Source: an uncultured Gemmatimonadales bacterium (lineage in GTDB: Bacteria > Gemmatimonadota > Gemmatimonadetes > Longimicrobiales > RSA9). Taken from it: a stretch of DNA of 64,000 bases. Position 1 is the first letter of the stretch. Every line of letters starts with the position of its first letter. The stretch is taken from contig CAVUKA010000001.1 of the NCBI GenBank assembly GCA_963741945.1, positions 160,001 to 224,000 on the forward strand. The letters run 5' to 3'. Below are positions 9,653 to 18,449 of the stretch, piece by piece. The notes beneath the pieces are model-generated. The model made no database searches, was not told where the DNA came from, and worked only from the letters and a program-made list of their open reading frames with translations. A program made the position numbers and the translations under genes.

Positions 9653-11235
9653 CCGCGACGACCGACGAAGCTGCCGCTTCCTCCGCCGGGGAGATCGACG
9701 TGTCCGGGATCGGCGCCTTCATCTGCGACCTGGATGGCGTCCTGACGGACACTGCGGAGACCCACTTCCGCGCCTGGAAACGAATGTTCGACGATTACCT
9801 CCAGCAGCGGAACGGAGACGACGCCGAGCCGTTCACGCGCGACGACTACAGGGCCTACGTGGATGGCAAGCCGCGTTACGATGGTGCCCGGAGCTTCCTG
9901 GAGTCGCGGGGCATCGACCTTTCACGGGGCGAGCCTGACGACCCACCGGGCAGGGAGACTGTCTGCGGCCTGGGCAACCGGAAGCACCAGATCTTTCATC
10001 GACTCCTCGAGGAGGACGGCGTCGAGCGGATCGAGCCGGCGATCGCGTGGGCGAGGGCGGCGAAGCAGCGGGGCGTCCCGCTGGCCGTGGTGACGTGCAG
10101 CCGAAACGGCGAACGCGTCATGGAGGCCGCCGGCATCTCCGACCTGTTCGATGCCCGCGTGGACGGAAACGTGGGGCACGAGCTGGAGCTGCCCGGAAAG
10201 CCGGACCCCGCGTATTTCCTGGAAGCCGCGCGTCGCCTGGGCATCGCGCCCGAGCACGCGGCCGTGGTGGAGGACGCACGGGCGGGCGTGGAAGCCGGCC
10301 ACGACGGTGGTTTCGGCCTGGTTGTGGGCATCGCCGCGGACGGCGGCGCGGCCCTGCGGGACGCCGGCGCGGACGTCGTCGTGCACGACCTGGGTGAGCT
10401 GCCCCTCCCCGGCACGCCCGCGGGAACCCGCATCCGGGACCTCCCGCTCCTCCTGGAGCGCGAGGACCCCTTCCGCGCGCTGCTGGCCGACGATGGCCCC
10501 GCGCTCTTCATGGACTATGATGGCACGCTCACCGCCATCGTGCCGGACCCCGAAGACGCCCGGCTTCCCGAGGACACGCGTGATGCACTGGCCCGCGCGG
10601 CCGAAGTCTTCCCCGTGGCCATCATCAGCGGCCGGGACCTGGACGTGCTGCGGGACTTCGTCGGGCTCGATGGCCTCTACTACGCCGGCAGTCACGGCCT
10701 CCATATCCGGGAACCCGACGGCACGGAGCACGAGCGGGCCCGGGACTGGCTGCCGGCCCTCGACCGCGCGGAAGAGCGACTTCGGCAGCGCGTGGGTGGA
10801 ATCCCGGGCGCCGCAGTGGAGCGGAAGCGATTCGCCATCGCCGTGCATTACCGCAACACGCCGGACGACCGGGTGGGCGAAGTCCAGAAGCTGGCCCGGG
10901 AAGTGGCGGCGGACGAGGACCGACTCGAGCGATCCGGCGGCAAGAAGGTGGTCGAGCTGCGCCCCGACCTGGACTGGGACAAGGGCTCCGCCGTCCTCTG
11001 GATCCTCGAGCTGGTTTCCGGTGACCGGACGCTGCACCCCGTCTATGTCGGCGACGATGTGACCGATGAGGACGCGTTCCGCGCGCTCCCCCCCGACGGG
11101 ATGGGGATCGTGGTCCGCGGCGAGGATGACGCTCGGCACACCGCCGCCGACTTCGCCCTCACCGGTCCGGACCAGGTCCGGCTGCTGCTCGAGCGGCTCC
11201 TCGACATCAAGGAAACGAACAGAGGTCTGTCATGA
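9649..11235 (+). CDS. otsB: Beta-phosphoglucomutase-like HAD domain fused to trehalose-6-phosphate phosphatase
   Basis: Two HAD domains: DLDGVLTDTA...GKPDP...VVED and DYDGTLTAIV...ISGR...YAGSHG...DKG...GDDVTDED. Confidence 0.88.
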   Translation: MTATTDEAAASSAGEIDVSGIGAFICDLDGVLTDTAETHFRAWKRMFDDYLQQRNGDDAEPFTRDDYRAYVDGKPRYDGARSFLESRGIDLSRGEPDDPPGRETVCGLGNRKHQIFHRLLEEDGVERIEPAIAWARAAKQRGVPLAVVTCSRNGERVMEAAGISDLFDARVDGNVGHELELPGKPDPAYFLEAARRLGIAPEHAAVVEDARAGVEAGHDGGFGLVVGIAADGGAALRDAGADVVVHDLGELPLPGTPAGTRIRDLPLLLEREDPFRALLADDGPALFMDYDGTLTAIVPDPEDARLPEDTRDALARAAEVFPVAIISGRDLDVLRDFVGLDGLYYAGSHGLHIREPDGTEHERARDWLPALDRAEERLRQRVGGIPGAAVERKRFAIAVHYRNTPDDRVGEVQKLAREVAADEDRLERSGGKKVVELRPDLDWDKGSAVLWILELVSGDRTLHPVYVGDDVTDEDAFRALPPDGMGIVVRGEDDARHTAADFALTGPDQVRLLLERLLDIKETNRGLS

Positions 11236-11335
11236 TGGCGCGCACTACCCGGACACCTACCGGATCGGGCTCTATGATCGGCATGAGACCACGATCAACG
11301 ACACGACCGTTCCGAACGAGAGCCTCGTCAACTGG
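11232..11335 (+). pseudogene. Remnant of a glycoside hydrolase family 65 N-terminus
   Basis: HYPDTYRIGLYDRHETTINDTTVPNESLVNW resembles the GH65 HYPGTY..G.YNRL...ENE.LVN segment; an out-of-frame ATG overlaps the otsB stop (ATGA 11232-11235). Confidence 0.6.
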
Positions 11336-11389
11336 TTCACTCCCGATGACGCCGAGTTTGATCAGGACCCGAAAGGAAGGAGACGGCCG

Positions 11390-11620
11390 ATGATCGCAGC
11401 GCGCGTAGCGGAGCTCGTGGGAATGGCCATGATCGGCGATGGAGCGCTCGCGGTGCTTGCCCCCGATGGCCACGTCCGCGTCTGGGAGGAAGGCCCGGAG
11501 TGGTGGGAGAAGCTCCTGCGCCCGTTCTCCGGGCGACCCGGACTCACCCGGGCCGTGGGCGCGGCGGAGCTCGCGCTCGGCGTCGCCCTGGCCCTCGCCG
11601 CGACCCGCCAGGTGGAGTGA
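11390..11620 (+). CDS. Small hypothetical membrane protein
   Basis: AGGAAGGAG RBS; two hydrophobic helices (MAMIGDGALAVL; AVGAAELALGVAL). Confidence 0.7.
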   Translation: MIAARVAELVGMAMIGDGALAVLAPDGHVRVWEEGPEWWEKLLRPFSGRPGLTRAVGAAELALGVALALAATRQVE

Positions 11621-12076
11621 CGGCGAGCGGCGGCGGCGGACGATCGACAGGGAAACCGGCCCCGGCTACGCGAACGACTCTTTCGGCGCCTGCAGCGTAA
11701 TGGCCCGCTCGTGGGTCGCGACCCGCTGGCAGCGTCTCGATGACGACGCAGTGCCGCCGCTCCGGATCCGCCAGTGCGCTGTTCCGGACCCGCCAGTGCC
11801 GTCGTGCGGCAGTCACGGACGGGGGCAACAGCCGTTCCTTGCCGCCCACCCTCCACTGGCGCCGGGCTGGGCGTTCGCCGGGCGGCCGGCACCGTCGGCG
11901 AAAGCCGGGCGGGGAATGGCGCCCGATGCGACGGGCGGTGCACGGCGGCCCGGCGGGTGGAGGATGCCGAGGGACGTGCCGTGGCACGGAATACCTCTTG
12001 CCCACGCGGGTGCGCGAGACGCCGGTGTGGTGACCGGTAGGCCGCCGCACCGACGTCACTCATTCCAAGAGGGGAG

Positions 12077-12769
12077 GTGACGATGGCAACCGTCGATCCT
12101 GACTTCGGGCGCAGCGAGACGACGCTGTTCCTGCGGCCGATCGCCGCCCCGTCGATCCTGGGGCTGTTCGGGTTCGCGGGGGCGACGTTCATCGTGTCCG
12201 CGCACATGGCCGGATGGTACGGCGACTCTGCAACCGCACTGTACCTGTTCCCGTTCGCCGCGTTCTTCGGCGGGCTGGCGCAGTTCTCCGCGGGGATGTG
12301 GTCCTTCCGCGCGCGTGATGGTCTCGCGACCGCCATGCACGGCATGTGGGGCGCGTTCTGGATGGCCTACGGGCTGCTCTACCTGCTGTTCGCCATGGGG
12401 ACGCTGACGGAGCCGAGTGGCGCGTTCCCGGAGCTGGGCTACTGGTTCATCGCGTTGGCGGCGATCACCTGGGCCGGCACGGCCGCCGCCACCGCGGAGA
12501 GCATCGGCCTGGTCGCCGTGCTCGGCCTCCTCGCGATCGGCTCGACCCTCGCGGCGATCGGGGAGCTGGGCGGGGCCGCGTGGCTGTCGGAGGCCGCCGG
12601 GTACGCGTTCATGATATCCGCCTTCTGCGCCTACTATGTCGCCACCGCGCTGATGCTCGAGGCGACGTTCGGCGAACCGAAGCTGCCGGTGGGGCTGACG
12701 GAGCGGGCACGCGCCGCGCCGGACGTGAACCCGGGTCGCGGCGAGCCGGGCGTGAAGCACGGGCAGTAA
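12077..12769 (+). CDS. GPR1/FUN34/YaaH (SatP-like) acetate uptake channel
   Basis: IAAPSILGLFGFAGAT, FGGLAQFSAGMW, GAFWM; six TM helices; GGAGG RBS. Confidence 0.85.
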   Translation: MTMATVDPDFGRSETTLFLRPIAAPSILGLFGFAGATFIVSAHMAGWYGDSATALYLFPFAAFFGGLAQFSAGMWSFRARDGLATAMHGMWGAFWMAYGLLYLLFAMGTLTEPSGAFPELGYWFIALAAITWAGTAAATAESIGLVAVLGLLAIGSTLAAIGELGGAAWLSEAAGYAFMISAFCAYYVATALMLEATFGEPKLPVGLTERARAAPDVNPGRGEPGVKHGQ

Positions 12770-12859
12770 CGGCCGACGCGCGGCAGGAGCCGCCGGGCGC
12801 ACCGCTCCGTCGGCTCCTCCGCACCGGCCTCGATTCCGCCCGGTGTCGCGGCCTCTCCC

Positions 12860-15025
12860 TCAGCGGCGACCGTTGAACGTCGCCCGCACGCCGAGGTGGA
12901 ACGCGCGGCCCGGCCCCGGCTCGAAGAACCGCCTGCCGAAGGCGTTCACGGCCACGGACGAGATGTAGTCGGTGTCGAGGATGTTGGAGATGCCGGCGAA
13001 GGGATCGACGCGGAGGCCAGGGGCGTCGACCGTCCATTCCCCCCGCACCGACAGAAGGGTGTAGCCGTCGGCAGCGTCGGTATTGGCATCGTCCACGGGC
13101 GTCCTGCCCGAGACCGTGGCATCGAGGGCGATGAGCGCGCGGTCGAGCCGACCGGTCAGCGTGCCTTCGAACCGGTGGGGTGTGACGCCGGGCACACGGT
13201 TCCCGCCATACTGCCTGGCGTCGACTTCGAAGTCGCGGAACCGGGCGTCGGTCCAGGTATAGGCCATGTCGGCCCGCAGGCGTGGCGTGACGGACACGGA
13301 GACGGCCGTCTCCACGCCCTGATGTCGGGTGGTGCCAGCATTTCGGTAGTACTGCCGGCCCGGCGACGTGGCGACCTCGAACGGGATGAGCGCGTCTCGC
13401 ACACGCGCCCGGTAGACTGCGACCTGGTACGTCAGGCGCCCCGCGTCGCCGCGCGCACCGAGCTCGACGGAGGTCGTCCGCTGGGGCTCGAGGTCGGGGT
13501 TGAAGCCACCGGCCGAGTCGGGCCGATTGACCAGCTCGGTCGTCGTCGGCGTCTCGAAGGCGGTCGCGACATTGGCGTAGAGATCGAGGGCGCCGGCGAG
13601 GCGCGCGCGCACGCCGGCCGTGGGACTGAACGCGCTCATGACGCGCTCTCCGCTGTCGTTGGGATCGCCGTCGGTGAACCGATCGCGCGCGCGGAAGCGG
13701 TAGCTGTCGTAGCGTGCTCCGGCAGTGAAGTCGACGTCGTTGCCGATGGGGAGCCGCGTGTGGGTGAAGGCGCCCAGCTGCCGCACCCATTCCACCTGAC
13801 TGAGCACCAGGTCGCCGCGCGCGCCGCCGTCGTTCTCATGGTTGCGCCGGTCGTCCCTCTGGAGCCCCGCCTCGCCGCCGACGGCCACGCCCACGGGCCC
13901 GATGCCACCGAGCCACAGGACGCGGCCTCCGGCGGCCCGACGGTGGAGGTCGATGATGACGGGGGGAATCGGGTTGTCCAGCGTCTTGAGCAGTCCCCAT
14001 CCCGTCAGCTCCACCCGGCCGGCGCCTGTCCGCCGATCCCACCGGAGCCCGACCAGCCCCTGCCGCCCGGCCTCGCTCGTCTTCTGGGCCACATTGGCCG
14101 GATTCGCCTGCGTCGGGTCGGCGCGCAGCTGATTGGCGGTGAGGGAGCCCGGGTTGTCGGCGGCATAGTCGACGAGGGCGCCCAGCGCATCGAGCCGGCC
14201 GCCGGCGAGGGATCCGCTGCCGCGGAAATCGGCGACGGTGCGACTCGATGCGGCGAAGGCGCGGAAGCCATCGACGTGGCGCCGCGTCAGGCGCGCCTGA
14301 TACGCGAAGCCGGCGCTGCGGCCGCCGACGCGCGTGTGGGCGCGCGCCAGGCCACCGCTCCCCGCCAGCAGCCCGGCCTGTACGGCCAGCGGGGCGTCGC
14401 CGGGATCGGTGGTGTGGATCATGACCACGCCGCCGGCCGCGTTGCCATAGATGGCCGAGGCTGGACCCCGCAGCACTTCCACCTCGCGCACCGCGGCCAG
14501 GTCGAGGCGGCTGAGATCGGTCTGGCCGTCGGGCAGTGTGGCCGGAATGCCGTCGATGTAGACCCTCACGCCGCGCACGCCGAACGCGGAGCGGGCGCCG
14601 AAGCCGCGGATGCTGAGCCGGTCACCGAGCGCCTCGTTGTAGCGGTTGTCGGCCTGGAGCCCCGGCACGCCGTGCAGCACGCCCGCGAGCCCCCGATCGG
14701 CGCGCGCGGCCGCGACGCGCTGCGGCCCGAGCACGCTGACCGCGTAGGGCGCCGCGGCCGCCCCGTCATCCGTGCGAACCACGATGGGAGGCAGGGAGAT
14801 GGGGGGCGCGGTGTCCCGGGCGGCTTCGCCTGCGGACGTCTGCGCGGACTGCCGAGCGGCCGCCGTACGGGCGGTATCGGGGACCTGTGCTCCGACGCCG
14901 GCCGGCAGCGCTGCGAGGGCCACGCCGGCCGGCAGCGCTGCGAGGATGGCGCGAGCCGCCGCGCGCAGGTGGAGGATGCGCGGGATGTGGTGCATACGCC
15001 TCGGTGCGAACGGGCGGATCCGCAC
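12860..15025 (-). CDS. TonB-dependent receptor, YncD-like (start may be 14995)
   Basis: Plug motif LSIRGFGARSAFGVRGVRVYIDGIPATLPDGQ...EVLRGPASAIYGNAAGGV; FETPT; FFEPGPGR near the C-terminus. Confidence 0.9.
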   Translation of the reverse strand: MRIRPFAPRRMHHIPRILHLRAAARAILAALPAGVALAALPAGVGAQVPDTARTAAARQSAQTSAGEAARDTAPPISLPPIVVRTDDGAAAAPYAVSVLGPQRVAAARADRGLAGVLHGVPGLQADNRYNEALGDRLSIRGFGARSAFGVRGVRVYIDGIPATLPDGQTDLSRLDLAAVREVEVLRGPASAIYGNAAGGVVMIHTTDPGDAPLAVQAGLLAGSGGLARAHTRVGGRSAGFAYQARLTRRHVDGFRAFAASSRTVADFRGSGSLAGGRLDALGALVDYAADNPGSLTANQLRADPTQANPANVAQKTSEAGRQGLVGLRWDRRTGAGRVELTGWGLLKTLDNPIPPVIIDLHRRAAGGRVLWLGGIGPVGVAVGGEAGLQRDDRRNHENDGGARGDLVLSQVEWVRQLGAFTHTRLPIGNDVDFTAGARYDSYRFRARDRFTDGDPNDSGERVMSAFSPTAGVRARLAGALDLYANVATAFETPTTTELVNRPDSAGGFNPDLEPQRTTSVELGARGDAGRLTYQVAVYRARVRDALIPFEVATSPGRQYYRNAGTTRHQGVETAVSVSVTPRLRADMAYTWTDARFRDFEVDARQYGGNRVPGVTPHRFEGTLTGRLDRALIALDATVSGRTPVDDANTDAADGYTLLSVRGEWTVDAPGLRVDPFAGISNILDTDYISSVAVNAFGRRFFEPGPGRAFHLGVRATFNGRR
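14895..14945. repeat. 24-nt direct repeat (27-nt period) in the receptor signal region
   Basis: acgccggccggcagcgctgcgagg occurs twice and encodes LAALPAGV twice. Confidence 0.8.
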
Positions 15026-15152
15026 GGGCGGCGCCCCGGGACGTGGGCGGATGCGCCGGCGCGATGAGTGGCAGCGGCATTGGCAACATCCGTTCCCTAC
15101 ACGCAGCGCGGAGCCGCAATGGGGGGCAGCCGGATCCGAGGGCGCTCGCGGC

Positions 15153-15434
15153 TCAGGGTTGACCGGATCGCGGACTGCTCAGCTCCTTCCTGAAGTCGCT
15201 CTCCTCTCGCAGGCGCCGGAGCTCGGACTCCGTTCCCTCCAGCTGGTTCTCCAGCAGCGACACCCTGGATTCGAGCGACGCCAGCCGACCCCCGGTCTCC
15301 GGCGTCTGCCGGACCAGCGCCAGAGACTCCACGATCGGTTTGAGCGCGAAGCGAGCGGTGATCCCCGCGACGGGGATGAGGATGACGAGCGTTCCCATGA
15401 TGACCGCGGCGAGCCCTACCCAGTCGATCGGCAT
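15153..15434 (-). CDS. Small single-TM coiled-coil protein
   Basis: GGGGAGG RBS; MPIDWVGLAAVIMGTLVILIPVAGITARFALKP followed by a heptad coil. Confidence 0.75.
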   Translation of the reverse strand: MPIDWVGLAAVIMGTLVILIPVAGITARFALKPIVESLALVRQTPETGGRLASLESRVSLLENQLEGTESELRRLREESDFRKELSSPRSGQP

Positions 15435-15541
15435 ATCGGTCCTCCCCCGTTCGGATTCGACACCGTGTGCGCGCTTCCGGCTGTACGGAGCGCCCGCGCC
15501 GCCGGTTTCGCAAGAGTCCGGAGCCGGCCGGTTCGGCCCGG

Positions 15542-16963
15542 CTATGGCAGCAGGGCGATCCCGCGCAGGAGCGAGAATGCCGGGCCGGCGGCGAGGCCGA
15601 GGGCGAGGGTGGCGAGCGCAGCGACGGCGAGGGTCCAGCGGGCCCAGGGACCGAGAACGGCCACGCGTGCGCCCGCCGCCGGGTCGTCGAAGTAGACGGG
15701 GGCGAGGACGCGCAGGTAGTAGAAGAGGGAAACCACGGTGTTCGCCACGGCCACGCCGGCGAGCCAGCCGTAGCCGGCGTCGATGGCGGCGCCGAACACC
15801 ACGAGCTTCCCGAAGAACCCCACGAGCGGGGGCACCCCCACCATGGACAGGAACGCCACGACGAGGGCGGCCGCGGCCCCCGGGCGAGCGGCGCCGAGGC
15901 CGTGGTAGTCGGCGAGGTTCGTGCGTCCCCGCAGGTGGGTGACCACGGCGAACGCCGCCATGGTAGCCATCCCGTAGCCGAGCAGGAAGAAGAGGAGCGC
16001 GGGGAGCGCGAGCGGCGTGCGTCCGAGCACCACCACGGCCACCAGCGCGTACCCGGACTGGGACACCGACGACCAGCCGATCAGCCGGCGCACGTCGGTC
16101 TGCCAGAGCGCGGCCAGGTTGCCGATGCTCATGGTCGCAACGGCCAGGGCGGCCACCAGCAGACGCCACGGCACCATCCCTTCCGGCACCAGCATCAGCA
16201 AACGGCCCAGCGCCACGAGCGCGCCGATCTTCGGCACCACGCCCAGGAACGCCGCCGATGGCGCGGGCGCCCCCTCCGCCACGTCCGGGAGCCATGCGTG
16301 GGCGGGGAACGCGGCCAGCTTGTATGCCAGTCCCACGGCGACGAAGCCGATGGCCACCAGCACGCCCCAGGAGGATGGGGGCGGTCGGCTGGCGAGCGCC
16401 GCCTGCGTCGCCGGGTAGCCGGTGTCGCCGACCAGGCCGAACAGCAGCACCACGCCCGTGGCCAGCAGCGCGTTGGCCAGGGCGCCGATGAGGAAGTACT
16501 TCATCCCCGCCTCGACGGAGAGCGGCCAGTCGCGGTGGTAGGCGGCGAGGGTGAAGCCGGTGACGGAGGAGAGGAGGACGGCAATGACCAGCTCCATGGT
16601 GTCGGCGGCGCCGGCCATGAGGATGGCGCCAAGGGCGGAGAGGAGGAGCACCCCATAGTACTCGCCGTGGCGGCGGTCCTCGCGCAGCCACTCCGGTGTG
16701 AGCCCCGCCGAGAGGGCCGTGAAGGCGAGGATGAGGAGCGATGCGGCCGCCGTGGCGCCGTCGAGCGCCCAGCTCCCGCGGAACGTGAGCCGCGGCGCTC
16801 CCGTTCCACGGGTGACGACGAACGCGGCCGCCGCTGCGAGCCCGGCGAGGGCGATGAGGGCGCCCCACCAGTGCCGCCGCTGCGCCACGAACGAAGCGGT
16901 CAGGACCGCGACAATGGCGGAGACCAGGAGCGCGATCTCGGGAAGGACGTCGCCGACCGGCAT
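15542..16963 (-). CDS. nuoN: NuoN-like antiporter subunit
   Basis: EAGMKYFLIGA, YKLAAFPAHAWLPDVAEGAP, VPKIG, GFFGKL. Confidence 0.88.
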   Translation of the reverse strand: MPVGDVLPEIALLVSAIVAVLTASFVAQRRHWWGALIALAGLAAAAAFVVTRGTGAPRLTFRGSWALDGATAAASLLILAFTALSAGLTPEWLREDRRHGEYYGVLLLSALGAILMAGAADTMELVIAVLLSSVTGFTLAAYHRDWPLSVEAGMKYFLIGALANALLATGVVLLFGLVGDTGYPATQAALASRPPPSSWGVLVAIGFVAVGLAYKLAAFPAHAWLPDVAEGAPAPSAAFLGVVPKIGALVALGRLLMLVPEGMVPWRLLVAALAVATMSIGNLAALWQTDVRRLIGWSSVSQSGYALVAVVVLGRTPLALPALLFFLLGYGMATMAAFAVVTHLRGRTNLADYHGLGAARPGAAAALVVAFLSMVGVPPLVGFFGKLVVFGAAIDAGYGWLAGVAVANTVVSLFYYLRVLAPVYFDDPAAGARVAVLGPWARWTLAVAALATLALGLAAGPAFSLLRGIALLP

Positions 16964-18445
16964 TCAGCGCCCCACCACCAGGAACCCGGCGGTGCTCTCG
17001 ACGAGCGTGAGGAGGAAGCGCGGGTAGACCCCGATGGCGATCACCGCGGCCAGCAGCACTCCGAGCACCGCGCGCTCCGAGCGCGACAGGTCCGGGAATG
17101 CCGCCCATCGCTCGGGCAGCTCGCCGGTGAAGAGGTCGCGCAGCATGAGCAGGAAGAGGGCGGCCGTGACCAGCACGCCGACCAGGGCCAGCCCGGCGAG
17201 CCAGGGGAAGACGCCGAACGTGCCGATGAAGATCTGGATCTCGGCCACGAAGCCGGCCAGGCCGGGGAGGCCGAGGCTGGCGAAGGCGGCCACGACGGCG
17301 GCGACGGCGAGCACGGGGGCCGGACCGGCCAGCCCGCCGAACGCGCCGAGGTCGTACTCCTTCGCCCGCTGCCAGAACGACCCCGCGATGAGGAAGAGGG
17401 ATCCCGTGATGAGCCCGTGCGCCACCATCTCCACTGTGGCCCCGGTGAGCGCGAGCCGGCGCGCTCCTTCGGCGCCGTGGAGCGCCCCGCCCGCGGCCGC
17501 GATCCCCAGAACGGCATAGCCCATGTGATTGACCGACGTGTAGGCGATCCGCCGCTTCAGGTCGCGCTGCGCCAGGGCGACGAGGGCGCCATAGAGGATC
17601 GAGACCAGCGCGATGACGCCGATGACGAACGCGTAACGGTGGAAGGTCTCGCGCATCATGGAATACGGGATCCGGATCAGCCCGTACGTCCCCATCTTGA
17701 GCAGTACGCCTGCCAGGATCGCGGAGCCCGGGCCTGGCGCATCCACGTGCGCAGGGGGCAGCCAGGTGTGGACGGGGACCACGGGCGTCTTCACGCCCAG
17801 CCCGATGCCGAAGCCGAGGAGCGCGAGGCCGGCCAGGCCGCTGCCGGCCAGCGGCTGCTGCGCGATGATGGCGCGCATGTCGAAGGTGCGGGGGTCCGTC
17901 GCCAGGTACAGGGCGAGGATCGCCAGCAGCATCGTGAGTGACCCGGCCAGCGTGTAGAGGAAGAACTTGAGGGCGGCGCGGCGGGCGTCGCCGTGGCCCC
18001 ACCGGCCGATGAGGAAGAACATCCCCACCAGGCTCAGGTCGAAGAAGACGTAGAAGAGCAGCAGGTCCAGCGCGAGGAACACGCCCAGCGAGACGGACTC
18101 GAGGAACAGGAGCCAGGCGTAGTACTGGCGCGGCCGCCCCTTCGTGTCCACCGGATAGGCCGTGGCGCCGGAAAAGAGGAGGGCGCTCATGGTGGCGACC
18201 GCGAGGGCGATTCCGTCGACACCGAGGCGATAGCCGACGCCGAGCGAAGGGACCCACGGCACGTCCACCACGAGCTGGAACTGTGGTCCGGCCGTGTCGA
18301 AGCGGAGCCACGCCCCCACGAGCAGGAGGAAGGGGACCGCCGCGGCGACCATGGCAAAGCGCCGCGCCGCGGCTTCGCTCCAGCCAGGCCGGAGCGCCAG
18401 CGCGAGGGCGGAAAGGAGCGGCACCACGAGTGTCGCCGTCAGCAT
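16964..18445 (-). CDS. nuoM: NuoM-like antiporter subunit
   Basis: LGVDGI, VKTPVVPVHTWLPPAHVDAP, LAGVLLKMGTYG, AYTSVNHMG, GFVAE. Confidence 0.9.
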   Translation of the reverse strand: MLTATLVVPLLSALALALRPGWSEAAARRFAMVAAAVPFLLLVGAWLRFDTAGPQFQLVVDVPWVPSLGVGYRLGVDGIALAVATMSALLFSGATAYPVDTKGRPRQYYAWLLFLESVSLGVFLALDLLLFYVFFDLSLVGMFFLIGRWGHGDARRAALKFFLYTLAGSLTMLLAILALYLATDPRTFDMRAIIAQQPLAGSGLAGLALLGFGIGLGVKTPVVPVHTWLPPAHVDAPGPGSAILAGVLLKMGTYGLIRIPYSMMRETFHRYAFVIGVIALVSILYGALVALAQRDLKRRIAYTSVNHMGYAVLGIAAAGGALHGAEGARRLALTGATVEMVAHGLITGSLFLIAGSFWQRAKEYDLGAFGGLAGPAPVLAVAAVVAAFASLGLPGLAGFVAEIQIFIGTFGVFPWLAGLALVGVLVTAALFLLMLRDLFTGELPERWAAFPDLSRSERAVLGVLLAAVIAIGVYPRFLLTLVESTAGFLVVGR

Positions 18446-18449
18446 CGGT

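Noticed and set aside
15153-18311. 1052-aa ORF, and the N-terminal extensions of 3636..5777, 20700..22130, 21266..22909, 24688..26250 and 60905..61897
   Set aside because: Off-frame run-through over upstream genes; only the C-terminal parts are real, so these are not true fusions.
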